From IMG/VR virus record IMGVR_UViG_2599185311_000001, positions 1,978 through 65,977 of that record: a stretch of 64,000 nucleotides of DNA. One strand, 5' to 3'. The notes under the pieces are model-generated. The model was not told where the DNA came from. It ran no database searches and worked only from the letters and a program-made list of their open reading frames with translations. Below, one piece after another: positions 18,708 through 27,595 of the stretch; position 1 is the first letter of the stretch; every line of letters begins with the position of its first letter. The translations under genes were made by a program, and so were the position numbers. Source of the DNA: a virus.

Positions 18708-19214
18708 TTAAGGCAACAACACCGCACGGCGAGCATCGCCGAGGATGTCGACGCCGTTGAGCACGAACTTCTGGGTGCGTACGTCGATGTCGATCACCGG
18801 GACGCCGTTTTCCAGGCGGTTGTAGGTGCGGCAGGACAGATCGAGGATGGTCTTGGGCTTCTCGTTCATTTTCAGCGTCGTTTCCTCAAGGGACTTCAAC
18901 TTGCCGCCCACCGTGTGGTAGGTGAACCAGGTGTTGCCGTCCTGATCCTGGCCGGCTTCACGCACGTTTAGCAGAATGTCGTCGCCCACACTCACGCCCA
19001 GCGCCAGCATGACTTCCGGACCGAGGCCTTGCAGTGTCAGCTTGGCCGTCAGCGCTTTGCCGGCCTTGGCCATCTCCTCGCCAATGAAACGGCCGCCACG
19101 CATCTCTTCCATCTCGAATTCGATCTTCGGCGGGGTGAAGTCTTCCACGGTCGCCGACAACGGCAGGCCCTGCAGGGTGGCCGCGATGGCCTGTCTTACG
19201 CGGTTGGTAAACAT
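18708..19214 (-). CDS. Tail tube protein (P2 FII-like)
   Basis: EDFTPPKIEFEMEEMRGG motif; follows the sheath gene. Confidence 0.9.
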   Translation of the reverse strand: MFTNRVRQAIAATLQGLPLSATVEDFTPPKIEFEMEEMRGGRFIGEEMAKAGKALTAKLTLQGLGPEVMLALGVSVGDDILLNVREAGQDQDGNTWFTYHTVGGKLKSLEETTLKMNEKPKTILDLSCRTYNRLENGVPVIDIDVRTQKFVLNGVDILGDARRAVLLP

Positions 19215-20380
19215 TAGAGAACGTCCTCCAAGAACTGCTCGATGATTTCATCGCGGGCATTGAGTTGATAAATCATGTGTTCGTTCGGCGCGTAGCGGCC
19301 GTAGTCGATGACCACGTACCAGGTGCCGTTCTTGTATTTCTCGACGCTGTTCAATTCCGGGTGCAGGTACACGCTGCCGCCCGGGATGGTTTCGTCGGCG
19401 ACCAGGGTTTGCAGCCAGTCGTTGATGCGCTTGACCTCCTGGTCCATGAACGACTTGGTCAGGTTCTTGGCCATGGCTTTCTGGCCGGCCTTGACCAGCT
19501 TGCGGCTGATGGCATCTTCCAGGCCGACGTAGCTGATGAACTTGCCGGTGATGGAGCGGTTGCCCAGCAGCGAGAAGCCGCCGAGGATGGTCCGGGCGTA
19601 GTAGCTGACGCCGTAGCGGTTGAGCAAATCGCCTTCGGTGGAGGTGTCGAGGATGTTGTATTCGACGGTGCGGGAAACGTCTTCGGCGTAGGTGACCTGG
19701 TTGCCCGGGCTCTCCCATTGCTTGACCTTGGCGAGGGCCGCGATGGCCAGGCTCGACGGCGCCAGGAAGACGTTTTTCTTCGCGGCCTTGGAGTACACCG
19801 CCGGCATGTTGTGCACCACCAGGCAACGGTCGAAACCGAGGTCCGCGCCGCCCAGTTCCTGGCTGTAGGTCACCTGGTCGGCGACCGCGGCGTCCTTGCC
19901 ATCGAGCACCACACGGGCCTTGATGCGCTTGCCGAACGAGGCGAACTCGCTGGCCACAGCCTTGGTGCCGGTGAAGCCTGGCGCGCCGATGATGGTCAGG
20001 TCTTCAGCGACCCCACTCAACGCGGCCAAGCCCAGCTTGCGCCCGGTCTGCGCCTCGATACCGCCGATCACATTGTTCTGCGTGTCGGCCAGCGTGGCGC
20101 CCTCTTCGACGATGACCACGTACACCGGCACCTTGACCACCTTGAGGATCTGGTAGACGGCATGGAACAACGTCCCCGCTTCGGCACCGGTCGGGTCCAA
20201 CTGGGCCTGGGTGGTGAAGCTGTTGATGCGGAATGGGGTGTTTTTCGGAATCAGCGGGTTGGCATTCGGCGCGGTGCCGACCAGCCCGACGACGTTGTCA
20301 CCCAGGCCACCCATGGCCTCGGGAGATTCAGTGGCATTGACGGTAATGCCGTTGTGCTCGAAGTTCAAAACCTCAGCCAT
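19214..20380 (-). CDS. Tail sheath protein (P2 FI-like)
   Basis: NFEHNGITV.. and C-terminal IDYGRYAPNEHM. Confidence 0.92.
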   Translation of the reverse strand: MAEVLNFEHNGITVNATESPEAMGGLGDNVVGLVGTAPNANPLIPKNTPFRINSFTTQAQLDPTGAEAGTLFHAVYQILKVVKVPVYVVIVEEGATLADTQNNVIGGIEAQTGRKLGLAALSGVAEDLTIIGAPGFTGTKAVASEFASFGKRIKARVVLDGKDAAVADQVTYSQELGGADLGFDRCLVVHNMPAVYSKAAKKNVFLAPSSLAIAALAKVKQWESPGNQVTYAEDVSRTVEYNILDTSTEGDLLNRYGVSYYARTILGGFSLLGNRSITGKFISYVGLEDAISRKLVKAGQKAMAKNLTKSFMDQEVKRINDWLQTLVADETIPGGSVYLHPELNSVEKYKNGTWYVVIDYGRYAPNEHMIYQLNARDEIIEQFLEDVL

Positions 20381-20382
20381 GG

Positions 20383-20592
20383 TTATTCAGCCTTCTTGGT
20401 GGCGGCCTTTTTGGCCGGGGTGGATACGGAGACCGATTCGCCGGCCTCGGTTTTTTTCAGCTCCAGGCGACCGGCACTGCGCAAGGCGTTGGCCTCGACG
20501 TCGAGCAGGTCGAGTTCCTGGCCGGTGGTCGACCAGTGACCACCGCCGATGGGGAATGGGAGGAGCACGGTGTAGGTTTGGCGTGGTGCCAT
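20383..20592 (-). CDS. Small conserved tailocin protein
   Basis: 69 aa ORF tightly coupled to the sheath gene. Confidence 0.7.
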   Translation of the reverse strand: MAPRQTYTVLLPFPIGGGHWSTTGQELDLLDVEANALRSAGRLELKKTEAGESVSVSTPAKKAATKKAE

Positions 20593-20682
20593 TTTTTTGG
20601 TTCTCCAGATACGAAAAAGCCCCTTGAGAAGGGGCTGTTGGGTGTTGGACGGATAAGAAAACGCCCCGTCGGGGCGGGGCGT

Positions 20683-21120
20683 TTATTGGGGCTGTTTAAG
20701 CAGCCAGGACGGTGTTATCGGACGGTGATCGACCAACGGGAACTCTTTCCGCTCCGGCCAGTTGCGTAGCGTTCGTCGATACGTTTGAAGCTCCGAGTAC
20801 TGTTCGACAGAAAGAGTGGTCTCTCGCCCCTCCTCCAGCTCGTCTCGATGCCGGGCAACCATGCCATCGGTCACAACAAGCTGGCCGTCACGCCATACAC
20901 GCTCAATCGCTGCTAAAGACTCAGGCGACTGTTCAGGTGGATTGACAAGTATTGGATAACCATCTTCGCCACTTGAAATCCGCTTCCCTTTGGACTGTCC
21001 CTCAAGAAGCTCCATATGTCGCTCTTGGGTTATTTCGACTACATCTTCGGGGATCTGAGCAGCAGAGTGAATGGAGTCATCGTAGAAACCACCCGTTGTC
21101 TTGCTTGAAAAAAGAGTCAC
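20683..21120 (-). CDS. Tail fibre assembly chaperone
   Basis: FYDDSIH..IPEDVVEIT..ELQTYRRTLRNWPE..FP..RP motif. Confidence 0.85.
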   Translation of the reverse strand: MTLFSSKTTGGFYDDSIHSAAQIPEDVVEITQERHMELLEGQSKGKRISSGEDGYPILVNPPEQSPESLAAIERVWRDGQLVVTDGMVARHRDELEEGRETTLSVEQYSELQTYRRTLRNWPERKEFPLVDHRPITPSWLLKQPQ

Positions 21121-21201
21121 GTTCTCACCTCACACTCACAGTCCCTGTATCCAAGACTGATAAAGTAGTTTTATTTTGTTAGGAGTTCCTTATCCTGAAT
21201 G

Positions 21202-22749
21202 TCAGTAACCGATGGCAAACAGGAAGATGGCGTCGCCCCCAGTCGCCAACTGACTCGCGATGCTGGCTGATACTTTGGAACTTCCAGATGGATGAGCACC
21301 ACATGCGTACATGCTGCCACCAGAAGCCGTGGCGTCGTTACTGGCAAACACACGAAACACTGCGTTTGGGAATGCTATCGGGTAAGTCCATGTACCAAAT
21401 CCGTTTGTAGTCCCGGCAGTGCCCCACTGGATGATCAGACCGCTCGGGAGTCTCTGATAGCCATTGGCCGCGAGACTAGCGCCAAACTGGCTACTGTGTT
21501 TGTTAAGGTGAGAACCGCCAACCATTCGCCAGCCTGATCCGACGTTCACAAGAGTGATTGAATCAAGCGCCTCAATTGAAAACGAGGTGATGGTTGAACC
21601 CGTTGCCCCTACGTTCGGACCTATGATGTCGGACCCTGCTGCCGCAATAGTGGTATCAGCCACACCGGCAGAAAAATGAATCGTCGCGCCGGTTGGCAGC
21701 CCACTGATAGGTGGCAACGTAACAATTTTACCAAGAAGTCCAACGGACCCTACCAGTAGGAAGCCACAATGCGCAGCCGTCAGGCTGATCGTATCGGTAA
21801 TAGCTATAGCGGCACTAAGATTACCCAGAGCTCGTTGCACAAACAGGTTTGTAGCAAGCTTGTTCGTGTTATCAAACTGAGCCCCTGTTTGAGCTGTAGG
21901 CGCTCCTTGGAAAGCTGGGGAATTAATCGGCGCAAACCCTTGAGTGATGTTCTGAAAACTCAGCGCCGTAGTACCTAGCACGATCACACCATCGGTTATC
22001 AACTGCCAGATCGTATTAGCAAATGTCGTCCCTTCCTCAACCGAGACAATCAACCCCGAGGTAACCTCGGCACTTGCGTCGGCATCTTTCGCACGAATCC
22101 ATGCGCTGTTTGCAACCACATAGATTCCATTGTCTTTCGCCAACGTCTGGGCTTTAACAAGCACCCGATCCCCGGCGACGGCGGCCACTCCATCGATCAT
22201 TTGCGCGCCACTCAAGACAACATTGATGGTCGTCGCCACCCGCACAGACTGTTTCCTGTCGAGCTTGGCAAGCTCATCGGCAACGTAGCTTTGCACCCAG
22301 GCCCGCGTCGCCTTGACCACCGTATCGTCAATCAGCAACGTCACCGACTCAGCATTGCTGGTCTCGAAAATCGACCGAATGTAAAACTCTTTCCCTGAAC
22401 CGGAAGTCGCCAACACCGGTTTGAACGACTCCGGATACTTGACAATCGCATACAAAATCCCGGTATCGGTCCAGAGCCCGGCCTCTCGCACATACCAGCC
22501 GCCCACTTCCGGCGGGATGGTCACTTCAGCCAGCAACCAACTCGGGTTTTTCTCATCCTGGAACAGCGCATTGAGCGGCCCACGCCAGACTTCGCGCTTG
22601 AGTGCCGTCGCCGTTGCGGCCGGGTTGTATTCCGCGCCGCCGCCGTCACCGACGGAAATCTGCGACAGCTTGATCGGTGTGCCCGCCGCCTTGCAGGCGG
22701 TTTCGTAGGCGATCCCCGCATCGGTGAGCAGGGTGTAGTAGTCGGCCAT
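21202..22749 (-). CDS. Tail fibre of the P2-like module
   Basis: P2 gpH-type N-terminus (YTLLTDAGIA..VWRGPLN); C-terminal GYQRLPSGLIIQWG..YPIAFPNA domain. Confidence 0.92.
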   Translation of the reverse strand: MADYYTLLTDAGIAYETACKAAGTPIKLSQISVGDGGGAEYNPAATATALKREVWRGPLNALFQDEKNPSWLLAEVTIPPEVGGWYVREAGLWTDTGILYAIVKYPESFKPVLATSGSGKEFYIRSIFETSNAESVTLLIDDTVVKATRAWVQSYVADELAKLDRKQSVRVATTINVVLSGAQMIDGVAAVAGDRVLVKAQTLAKDNGIYVVANSAWIRAKDADASAEVTSGLIVSVEEGTTFANTIWQLITDGVIVLGTTALSFQNITQGFAPINSPAFQGAPTAQTGAQFDNTNKLATNLFVQRALGNLSAAIAITDTISLTAAHCGFLLVGSVGLLGKIVTLPPISGLPTGATIHFSAGVADTTIAAAGSDIIGPNVGATGSTITSFSIEALDSITLVNVGSGWRMVGGSHLNKHSSQFGASLAANGYQRLPSGLIIQWGTAGTTNGFGTWTYPIAFPNAVFRVFASNDATASGGSMYACGAHPSGSSKVSASIASQLATGGDAIFLFAIGY

Positions 22750-23385
22750 TTAGGACCCCTGTGGATAAATTGTGGAGGTTTCGACGGTGTAGAGCCCGGC
22801 GGCCATGAAGGCCTGGCCCGAGGCTTCGAGCCCTTCGATGACAACTGGATAAACCGTGGTCAGTTCGCCGCACAGCGTGGCAGCGCCTATGACGTGGCGG
22901 CCAAAGGCCCTCAAGCCGACAGACACCGTCAAGGTGTCGCGCTCGCTCTTGGCATCGGCCAGGCGACGGTCGAGACGGGCGTCGATGGCTTCGCTGTAGG
23001 GTTGCTCGGTAAACGCCCTGACGGAAAAACTGTAGGGCGGGCCCGGTGGCGTTTGCTCATACCAGGCGCGTACTTCAGGCATCAGTTGCAAACCCTTGGC
23101 GGCATTTTCCAGCGCCTTTCGCGTTCCGGCCTGCCGTGCGGTGGGCCAGGCGAGTTCAACGGTCAGGCGCTTTTCAGTTGCGGGCGCCGCAGAACTCCAT
23201 TCACTGACCCCACGGTCCGCCGCGAGATACGGCAGGAATGCGAGGGGCGTGGCCGCCGGGTTCATCAGCTCGGGAAACGGCGGATCGATGCGTTCGAGCA
23301 ACCGGGCGAAACCAAGATCCAGGGCCCGTTCCAGTGGCGAACTGTTGATCGGCAGCAGGCTCAGGCGGGGTGTGTCGTCAGTCAT
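22750..23385 (-). CDS. Baseplate/tail protein I (P2 gpI-like)
   Basis: LLPINSSPLERAL..FLPYLA..GT..AL motif. Confidence 0.88.
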   Translation of the reverse strand: MTDDTPRLSLLPINSSPLERALDLGFARLLERIDPPFPELMNPAATPLAFLPYLAADRGVSEWSSAAPATEKRLTVELAWPTARQAGTRKALENAAKGLQLMPEVRAWYEQTPPGPPYSFSVRAFTEQPYSEAIDARLDRRLADAKSERDTLTVSVGLRAFGRHVIGAATLCGELTTVYPVVIEGLEASGQAFMAAGLYTVETSTIYPQGS

Positions 23386-24377
23386 AACGTCTCCACCTCG
23401 ACCTCGACGCCCGCGCAGTACGGGGCTTGAAAAGCCGTCGTCACGATCGGCTGGAGCGGTTCGAGAATCTCCAGTTGAACCGCGCCGGCACTGTGCAACG
23501 TGTAGTCGATCCAGCTCGGGTCCACCCGACCTTCCAGTCGATGACACGCCTCGGCGTATTCCCGCAACTGCTGTTCGGCGGCAACCTGGGTCAAGCCCGA
23601 ATCCGGGCCGGCATTGATCTTCGCCACGACGCGGATTTTGTAAGGTTTGATCTGCGCGGCCTGCACCATGACCAGATCGGTTTCCGGTCGTACATCAGGC
23701 CGAGCGAAGTGCTGGCGAACACCGTTCAGCAGCGCTTCGGACGGTGTGCCATCGCCCTCGCGGGAAAGCACCGTGACCGTGACTTCACCCGGTGCTGTCC
23801 GGCGTCCGTTGCCGTCCTTGACTTGCGCGGCGAGACCATCCGGATCGAACGTGTAGGTCACGTTCACGACACCGCCTGCGGTACTCTCCACCTTCACCGT
23901 TGGCCGTTCGCCGAGGGTGAAAATCTCCCGCCGATACTGCATGCGCGAGCCGGCTGCCGGGGCGTGGGGCGCCAGGTAGTAACGCAACCGCGCATCGTCA
24001 TCGCTCTCGTAGACCGGGGGGATAGGCGGGAACGCCGCCGGGTCGCCCGGGTCGAGCAACTGCCGCTCCAAGCCCATGTCCGCGAGGCGGGCATCGAGGT
24101 TGGTCCCGGTGGCCCACCACGCTAGCATCTGCTTGATGCGAGCGTTGTATTTGCGTTCGTGGGTTTGCAGCCGGACACAGAACGCCTCGAGGGCCAGGGT
24201 CAGCAGTTCGCTTTCGTTTTCGAGGCTGTCCACCAGCTTCGCCGCGCTGGCGGGAGAACGTGCGGCGACGTACTCAACCACGAAGGTTTTGAACTCTGCG
24301 AGAAGGTCCTCGAATGCGTCGACGGTGACGATGGCCGGTTCGGCCAGTTGGTTCTGGCCGGGTATCAACATGCTCAT
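23382..24377 (-). CDS. Baseplate J (P2 gpJ-like)
   Basis: MLAWWATGTNLD..ESDDDARLR motif. Confidence 0.9.
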   Translation of the reverse strand: MSMLIPGQNQLAEPAIVTVDAFEDLLAEFKTFVVEYVAARSPASAAKLVDSLENESELLTLALEAFCVRLQTHERKYNARIKQMLAWWATGTNLDARLADMGLERQLLDPGDPAAFPPIPPVYESDDDARLRYYLAPHAPAAGSRMQYRREIFTLGERPTVKVESTAGGVVNVTYTFDPDGLAAQVKDGNGRRTAPGEVTVTVLSREGDGTPSEALLNGVRQHFARPDVRPETDLVMVQAAQIKPYKIRVVAKINAGPDSGLTQVAAEQQLREYAEACHRLEGRVDPSWIDYTLHSAGAVQLEILEPLQPIVTTAFQAPYCAGVEVEVETL

Positions 24378-24706
24378 GTCACCACCTCGAAAGTCTGTTT
24401 GCGGTTTTTCCAGGTGCCGGCAAAACGCAGCAGCAATCCGGCACCGTGCCGGCTGGCGACAATGACCTGCGGCTCGAAATCATCGATGCCATTGTCCGGG
24501 TTGTAGAACGCTTGGGCCGCGTGGCTCTGGGCGAGGATCAGCAGGTCGTCGCCGAGGTTCTGCCCCAGCAACTGAGTGAGTGCGCAGCCATACAACGGGC
24601 GCTTCTGGCGAGTGCCCAACGGCGTGGTCAATGCACGGGTGGCGCGCTGCACGAACTGCAGCCAGTCGTCGACCGTGGCGCCGGTATTTCGATCGATTCC
24701 AATCAT
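24374..24706 (-). CDS. Baseplate W (P2 gpW/gp25-like)
   Basis: MIGIDRNTG..LTTPLGTRQKRPLYG motif. Confidence 0.9.
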   Translation of the reverse strand: MIGIDRNTGATVDDWLQFVQRATRALTTPLGTRQKRPLYGCALTQLLGQNLGDDLLILAQSHAAQAFYNPDNGIDDFEPQVIVASRHGAGLLLRFAGTWKNRKQTFEVVT

Positions 24707-24716
24707 GAGGAAATCT

Positions 24717-25328
24717 CTATGCGGTACTGATGACGCGTCCCTGGTGATCCACCACCGGGCCGCTCAGGTGCACACCGGAAGCGTCGAGCCGAATGCCGAC
24801 GGCGCCGACTTGCAATTCGATGGCTTCGGCTGTCATCGCCAACCGCGACGGGCCGATGCTCAGTTGGAGGGCTTCACGGGAACCGCTGAATGCCGCCGGG
24901 CCGTTTTTCCAATGCAGGACATGGCTGGCGTGGTCATAGCCGTTTTCCGTACCGTCCTGATAGAGGCGCCGCGTCAGCGAAGCCTGCGTCGAGACGGGCG
25001 GGAACTGACCGCCGTTGAGGCCGAACAACGCCACCGCCTGCCCGCCGCTCTCGCCGCCGCCATGGTTCAGCAACAGGCACTGCTCGCCCACGGACGGAAT
25101 CCGCGACTCGCTCTGGGCGCCGGCGCTCGGATTGAAAAAGCGGATCGCCGGTGTCAGCAACCCGCCATGGCTGACCTTGCAGGTGTTGCTGGCCGCATCG
25201 ACTTCCTGGCAAACGCCGATGCGGCAGAAACTCTCCGCACGCCGATGCAGGTCTTCCAGCTCGGTTTCCATCTGTGCCAGACGCTCGATGATCGGCCCCA
25301 GATGCATCTGTAACAGCCCATCGAACAT
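24717..25328 (-). CDS. Baseplate spike V (P2 gpV-like)
   Basis: PSVGEQCLLL..YQDGTENGYDH motif. Confidence 0.9.
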   Translation of the reverse strand: MFDGLLQMHLGPIIERLAQMETELEDLHRRAESFCRIGVCQEVDAASNTCKVSHGGLLTPAIRFFNPSAGAQSESRIPSVGEQCLLLNHGGGESGGQAVALFGLNGGQFPPVSTQASLTRRLYQDGTENGYDHASHVLHWKNGPAAFSGSREALQLSIGPSRLAMTAEAIELQVGAVGIRLDASGVHLSGPVVDHQGRVISTA

Positions 25329-25331
25329 GGC

Positions 25332-25844
25332 TCAGCCCTCGAGTGCGGTGTATTGATCCGGGTCGTCGATGTTCGACACTTCCCAGGTACGGGCAAATTT
25401 CGGGATGCCCAACGGGTCCTCCAGCAGCGTCGGGCCGAGGTACAGGGTTTGGTTGAAGGAAAGGCTCCAGGCGCTGTACACCCGTGCTTCGTGGATGAAC
25501 GTGGATGCGATGCCATCGATTTCCGTAGGCAGATCGCATTGATCACCGGACAGGCCCCAGCGGTTATCCACGACCAAGTGCTTCAATTCACCGGCCAGAT
25601 CGCAGGCCTCCCAGCCTGGAACGGCCATGACCACTTGCAGGGAAACCGTCAGGACATGGGCGATACGCCCGTCATTGGCGCGGTTGCCTGACGCATCGCG
25701 CTCAATGGCAATCAGCACCCAGGGTTGGTCATCGGTGCCATCGAATTCCTGAGGGCTACCGACTTTCAAGGTGGGGTAAGTGATGCGCAGCGTCTGGGCG
25801 ATGGCGGCGAACAGCTGCGACGGTTTTTCGATGAGGGCGGGCAT
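25332..25844 (-). CDS. Tail completion/terminator-like protein
   Basis: Position between holin and V, as in R-pyocin loci. Confidence 0.65.
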   Translation of the reverse strand: MPALIEKPSQLFAAIAQTLRITYPTLKVGSPQEFDGTDDQPWVLIAIERDASGNRANDGRIAHVLTVSLQVVMAVPGWEACDLAGELKHLVVDNRWGLSGDQCDLPTEIDGIASTFIHEARVYSAWSLSFNQTLYLGPTLLEDPLGIPKFARTWEVSNIDDPDQYTALEG

Positions 25845-25880
25845 TGATCGCCTCCTGGTGTATGGATCAGCGGTGTGGGT

Positions 25881-26231
25881 TCACGGCTGGTCGGGAGGAA
25901 GGTCCCGCGGTGGCACTTCGCAAACGCCGATCCGCTTGGCGACCCAGCGCTCGTAAAGACCGATCGCCACATCGGCACCGGCCATGGCGGTCAGGCAACC
26001 CAGGGCGCAAGCGCTCCAGATCGACATGCCGAGGGCATACAACAGCATGGTTGCCGAAACCCCGCAGACCACGCAGGCACCGGAGCGCAGCACCACGCGG
26101 CGCAGCAACGGCCAGCCACGGGCGCCCTCCTTGTCAGCGCGCCACATCTCGCCGGACACCCCGCCCACCAGGGCGAGCACGATGACCAGCCAGATCGGCA
26201 TGTCCAGCAACGCTTGTTGCTCGTTTGTCAT
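25881..26231 (-). CDS. Holin (pyocin-type)
   Basis: 116 aa with hydrophobic segments; LVGGVSGEMWRADK motif. Confidence 0.88.
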   Translation of the reverse strand: MTNEQQALLDMPIWLVIVLALVGGVSGEMWRADKEGARGWPLLRRVVLRSGACVVCGVSATMLLYALGMSIWSACALGCLTAMAGADVAIGLYERWVAKRIGVCEVPPRDLPPDQP

Positions 26232-26281
26232 GTCTCGTTTCCTGGGGAGTAAGGGTTTGAAGTTAAGGGGCCCAATCGCGC

Positions 26282-26926
26282 TTATCGAGTGATGAGCATG
26301 TCGATGCTGGTCGCGTCGCAGGAGTTGTTGGCCTTCCGGTCGATGACCAGATAAAGCGAAGACGTCGGCGTAACCGCTACGCTATTCAACATAAACGTAG
26401 TGCTGCCGCCGTTTGCCAGGCTTCCGGACTGGAGCACGGTGTCGCCCAGGTTGAGCGACCAGCCAATCCCATCCCCGCAGGCGTTATGCAGGTCGTTGAC
26501 CCGACCCAGCACGTTGATGTTGCCGGTGACAGGACTGGCCCAGCGAAAGATGCTCTGGCTGTTGGTGCCGGGATGTGTGGCTACGTCGCCCTGCTTGAAT
26601 ACGAAACTGGTGCCTGAACCCGTGAAGGTGAAATTTGCGTTGGGAATGGAAATCCAGGCTCCCGTAGCATCGTCCCGCCAGCAGGTGGTCGGCTTGCCAT
26701 TACATGTCCCCGCCTGGAACGCAGGGAAGAGCGTGTAGTTTGCCGAGGCATTCACGCCCGATTTGTTTTGCATGAAGGACCAGGGCGAACCGGCCGGTGC
26801 GGCTTCGGTCATCAGGTACATGTCCCGGGCCAGGTTCCACGACATGGCCGTATCAGCCCAGGTGTTCAGAGATACGAAGGACGATAGAAACGCAGTCGCC
26901 AGGAGGATTTTTTTGAGCATTTTCAT
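26282..26926 (-). CDS. Secreted cargo protein of unknown function (214 aa, Sec signal peptide)
   Basis: GAGG RBS; MKMLKKILLATAFLSSFVSLNTWA|DTA signal; four Cys; beta-rich. Confidence 0.8.
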   Translation of the reverse strand: MKMLKKILLATAFLSSFVSLNTWADTAMSWNLARDMYLMTEAAPAGSPWSFMQNKSGVNASANYTLFPAFQAGTCNGKPTTCWRDDATGAWISIPNANFTFTGSGTSFVFKQGDVATHPGTNSQSIFRWASPVTGNINVLGRVNDLHNACGDGIGWSLNLGDTVLQSGSLANGGSTTFMLNSVAVTPTSSLYLVIDRKANNSCDATSIDMLITR

Positions 26927-26946
26927 TTTTCTTACCTCGATGAATG

Positions 26947-27129
26947 TCATTGGGTACGGAGTGCTGGGTCTCTTCCGCACGCTGTTCGCTCGTCGGCGTT
27001 CACTCGAGGCGCAACGGCCTTCACATGATTCAACGTCCCACACCGGGAACATTTGATCTGGAGTTCGGTGTTCTCGCCCATGCGAGCCAGAAGTCGTTTG
27101 CAGTGACCGCATCTGAAATCCTTCAGCAT
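26947..27129 (-). CDS. Com-family zinc-ribbon regulator
   Basis: FRCGHCKRLLA..IKCSRCGTLN is the Mu Com-type CxxC..CxxC pattern. Confidence 0.85.
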   Translation of the reverse strand: MLKDFRCGHCKRLLARMGENTELQIKCSRCGTLNHVKAVAPRVNADERTACGRDPALRTQ

Positions 27130-27189
27130 TGAAAGCCCTCCATTGGCGGCGGTGATGTGTTTGAACGCACCTCACGGTGCAGGCATTCC

Positions 27190-27214
27190 AAAAAGCCCGG
27201 TCGCCCAGGCTTTT
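27190..27214 (-). terminator. Intrinsic terminator in the tailocin leader, upstream of the first gene
   Basis: Minus strand AAAAGCCTGG-GCGA-CCGGGCTTTTT: stem, GNRA loop, U-tract. Confidence 0.75.
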
Positions 27215-27432
27215 CAGTAATGCGCTTGATCTTTCGGCGCGACTGGCGCGGTACGGATCCATTCAAATTGTTCCTCCGGCCGCGGTCCCTGCCCGCCGGA
27301 TAACTGCTTCTGGTGCTTTACGCTGCACACCCGGGTCAGTTGCCAACCCTCTGAACCGTTAAGGCCGGTTCATCGCTGCCTGTTGGTGGAACTAAAGAGC
27401 TTTGTTGCCAGCCGCTTTGTCGAGCGGCTTGG
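27215..27432 (-). ncRNA. Candidate structured leader RNA of the tailocin operon
   Basis: Consecutive hairpins at 27410-27429, 27352-27372, 27333-27349 and ~27275-27300 between promoter and terminator. Confidence 0.5.
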
Positions 27433-27436
27433 ACAC

Positions 27437-27509
27437 AGAATATGCATGGATGCATATACAGTCAATGCGTAAATGCATTTATTTATGCACGAGGAATGCG
27501 TAGACGCAT
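27437..27509 (-). promoter_or_regulatory. Sigma70 promoter (TTGACT-17-TATTCT) with three 14-bp operator-like palindromes
   Basis: -35 at 27460-27465, -10 at 27437-27442; ATGC(A/G)T-NN-A(T/C)GCAT at 27442, 27465 and 27496. Confidence 0.72.
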
Positions 27510-27551
27510 AAAACCTCGTAAATACGGGGGGTAGTGGGTTTTCTGGAGGCG

Positions 27552-27578
27552 AAAAAAACCCGCACGACGGCGGGTTTT
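27552..27578 (-). terminator. Terminator after the repressor gene
   Basis: AAAACCCGC..GCGGGTTTT hairpin with T-tract. Confidence 0.75.
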
Positions 27579-27595
27579 ATCTGACAGCGGAGGGG

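Noticed and set aside
26927-27262. 326 aa version of the cargo ORF
   Set aside because: It overlaps the com-like gene and the terminator; the signal peptide and RBS place the start at 26926.
27447-27462. LexA box at the tailocin promoter (CTGTATATGCATCCAT on the minus strand)
   Set aside because: Only one half-site; the right arm is CAT, not CAG. The ATGCAT palindromes explain the sequence better.
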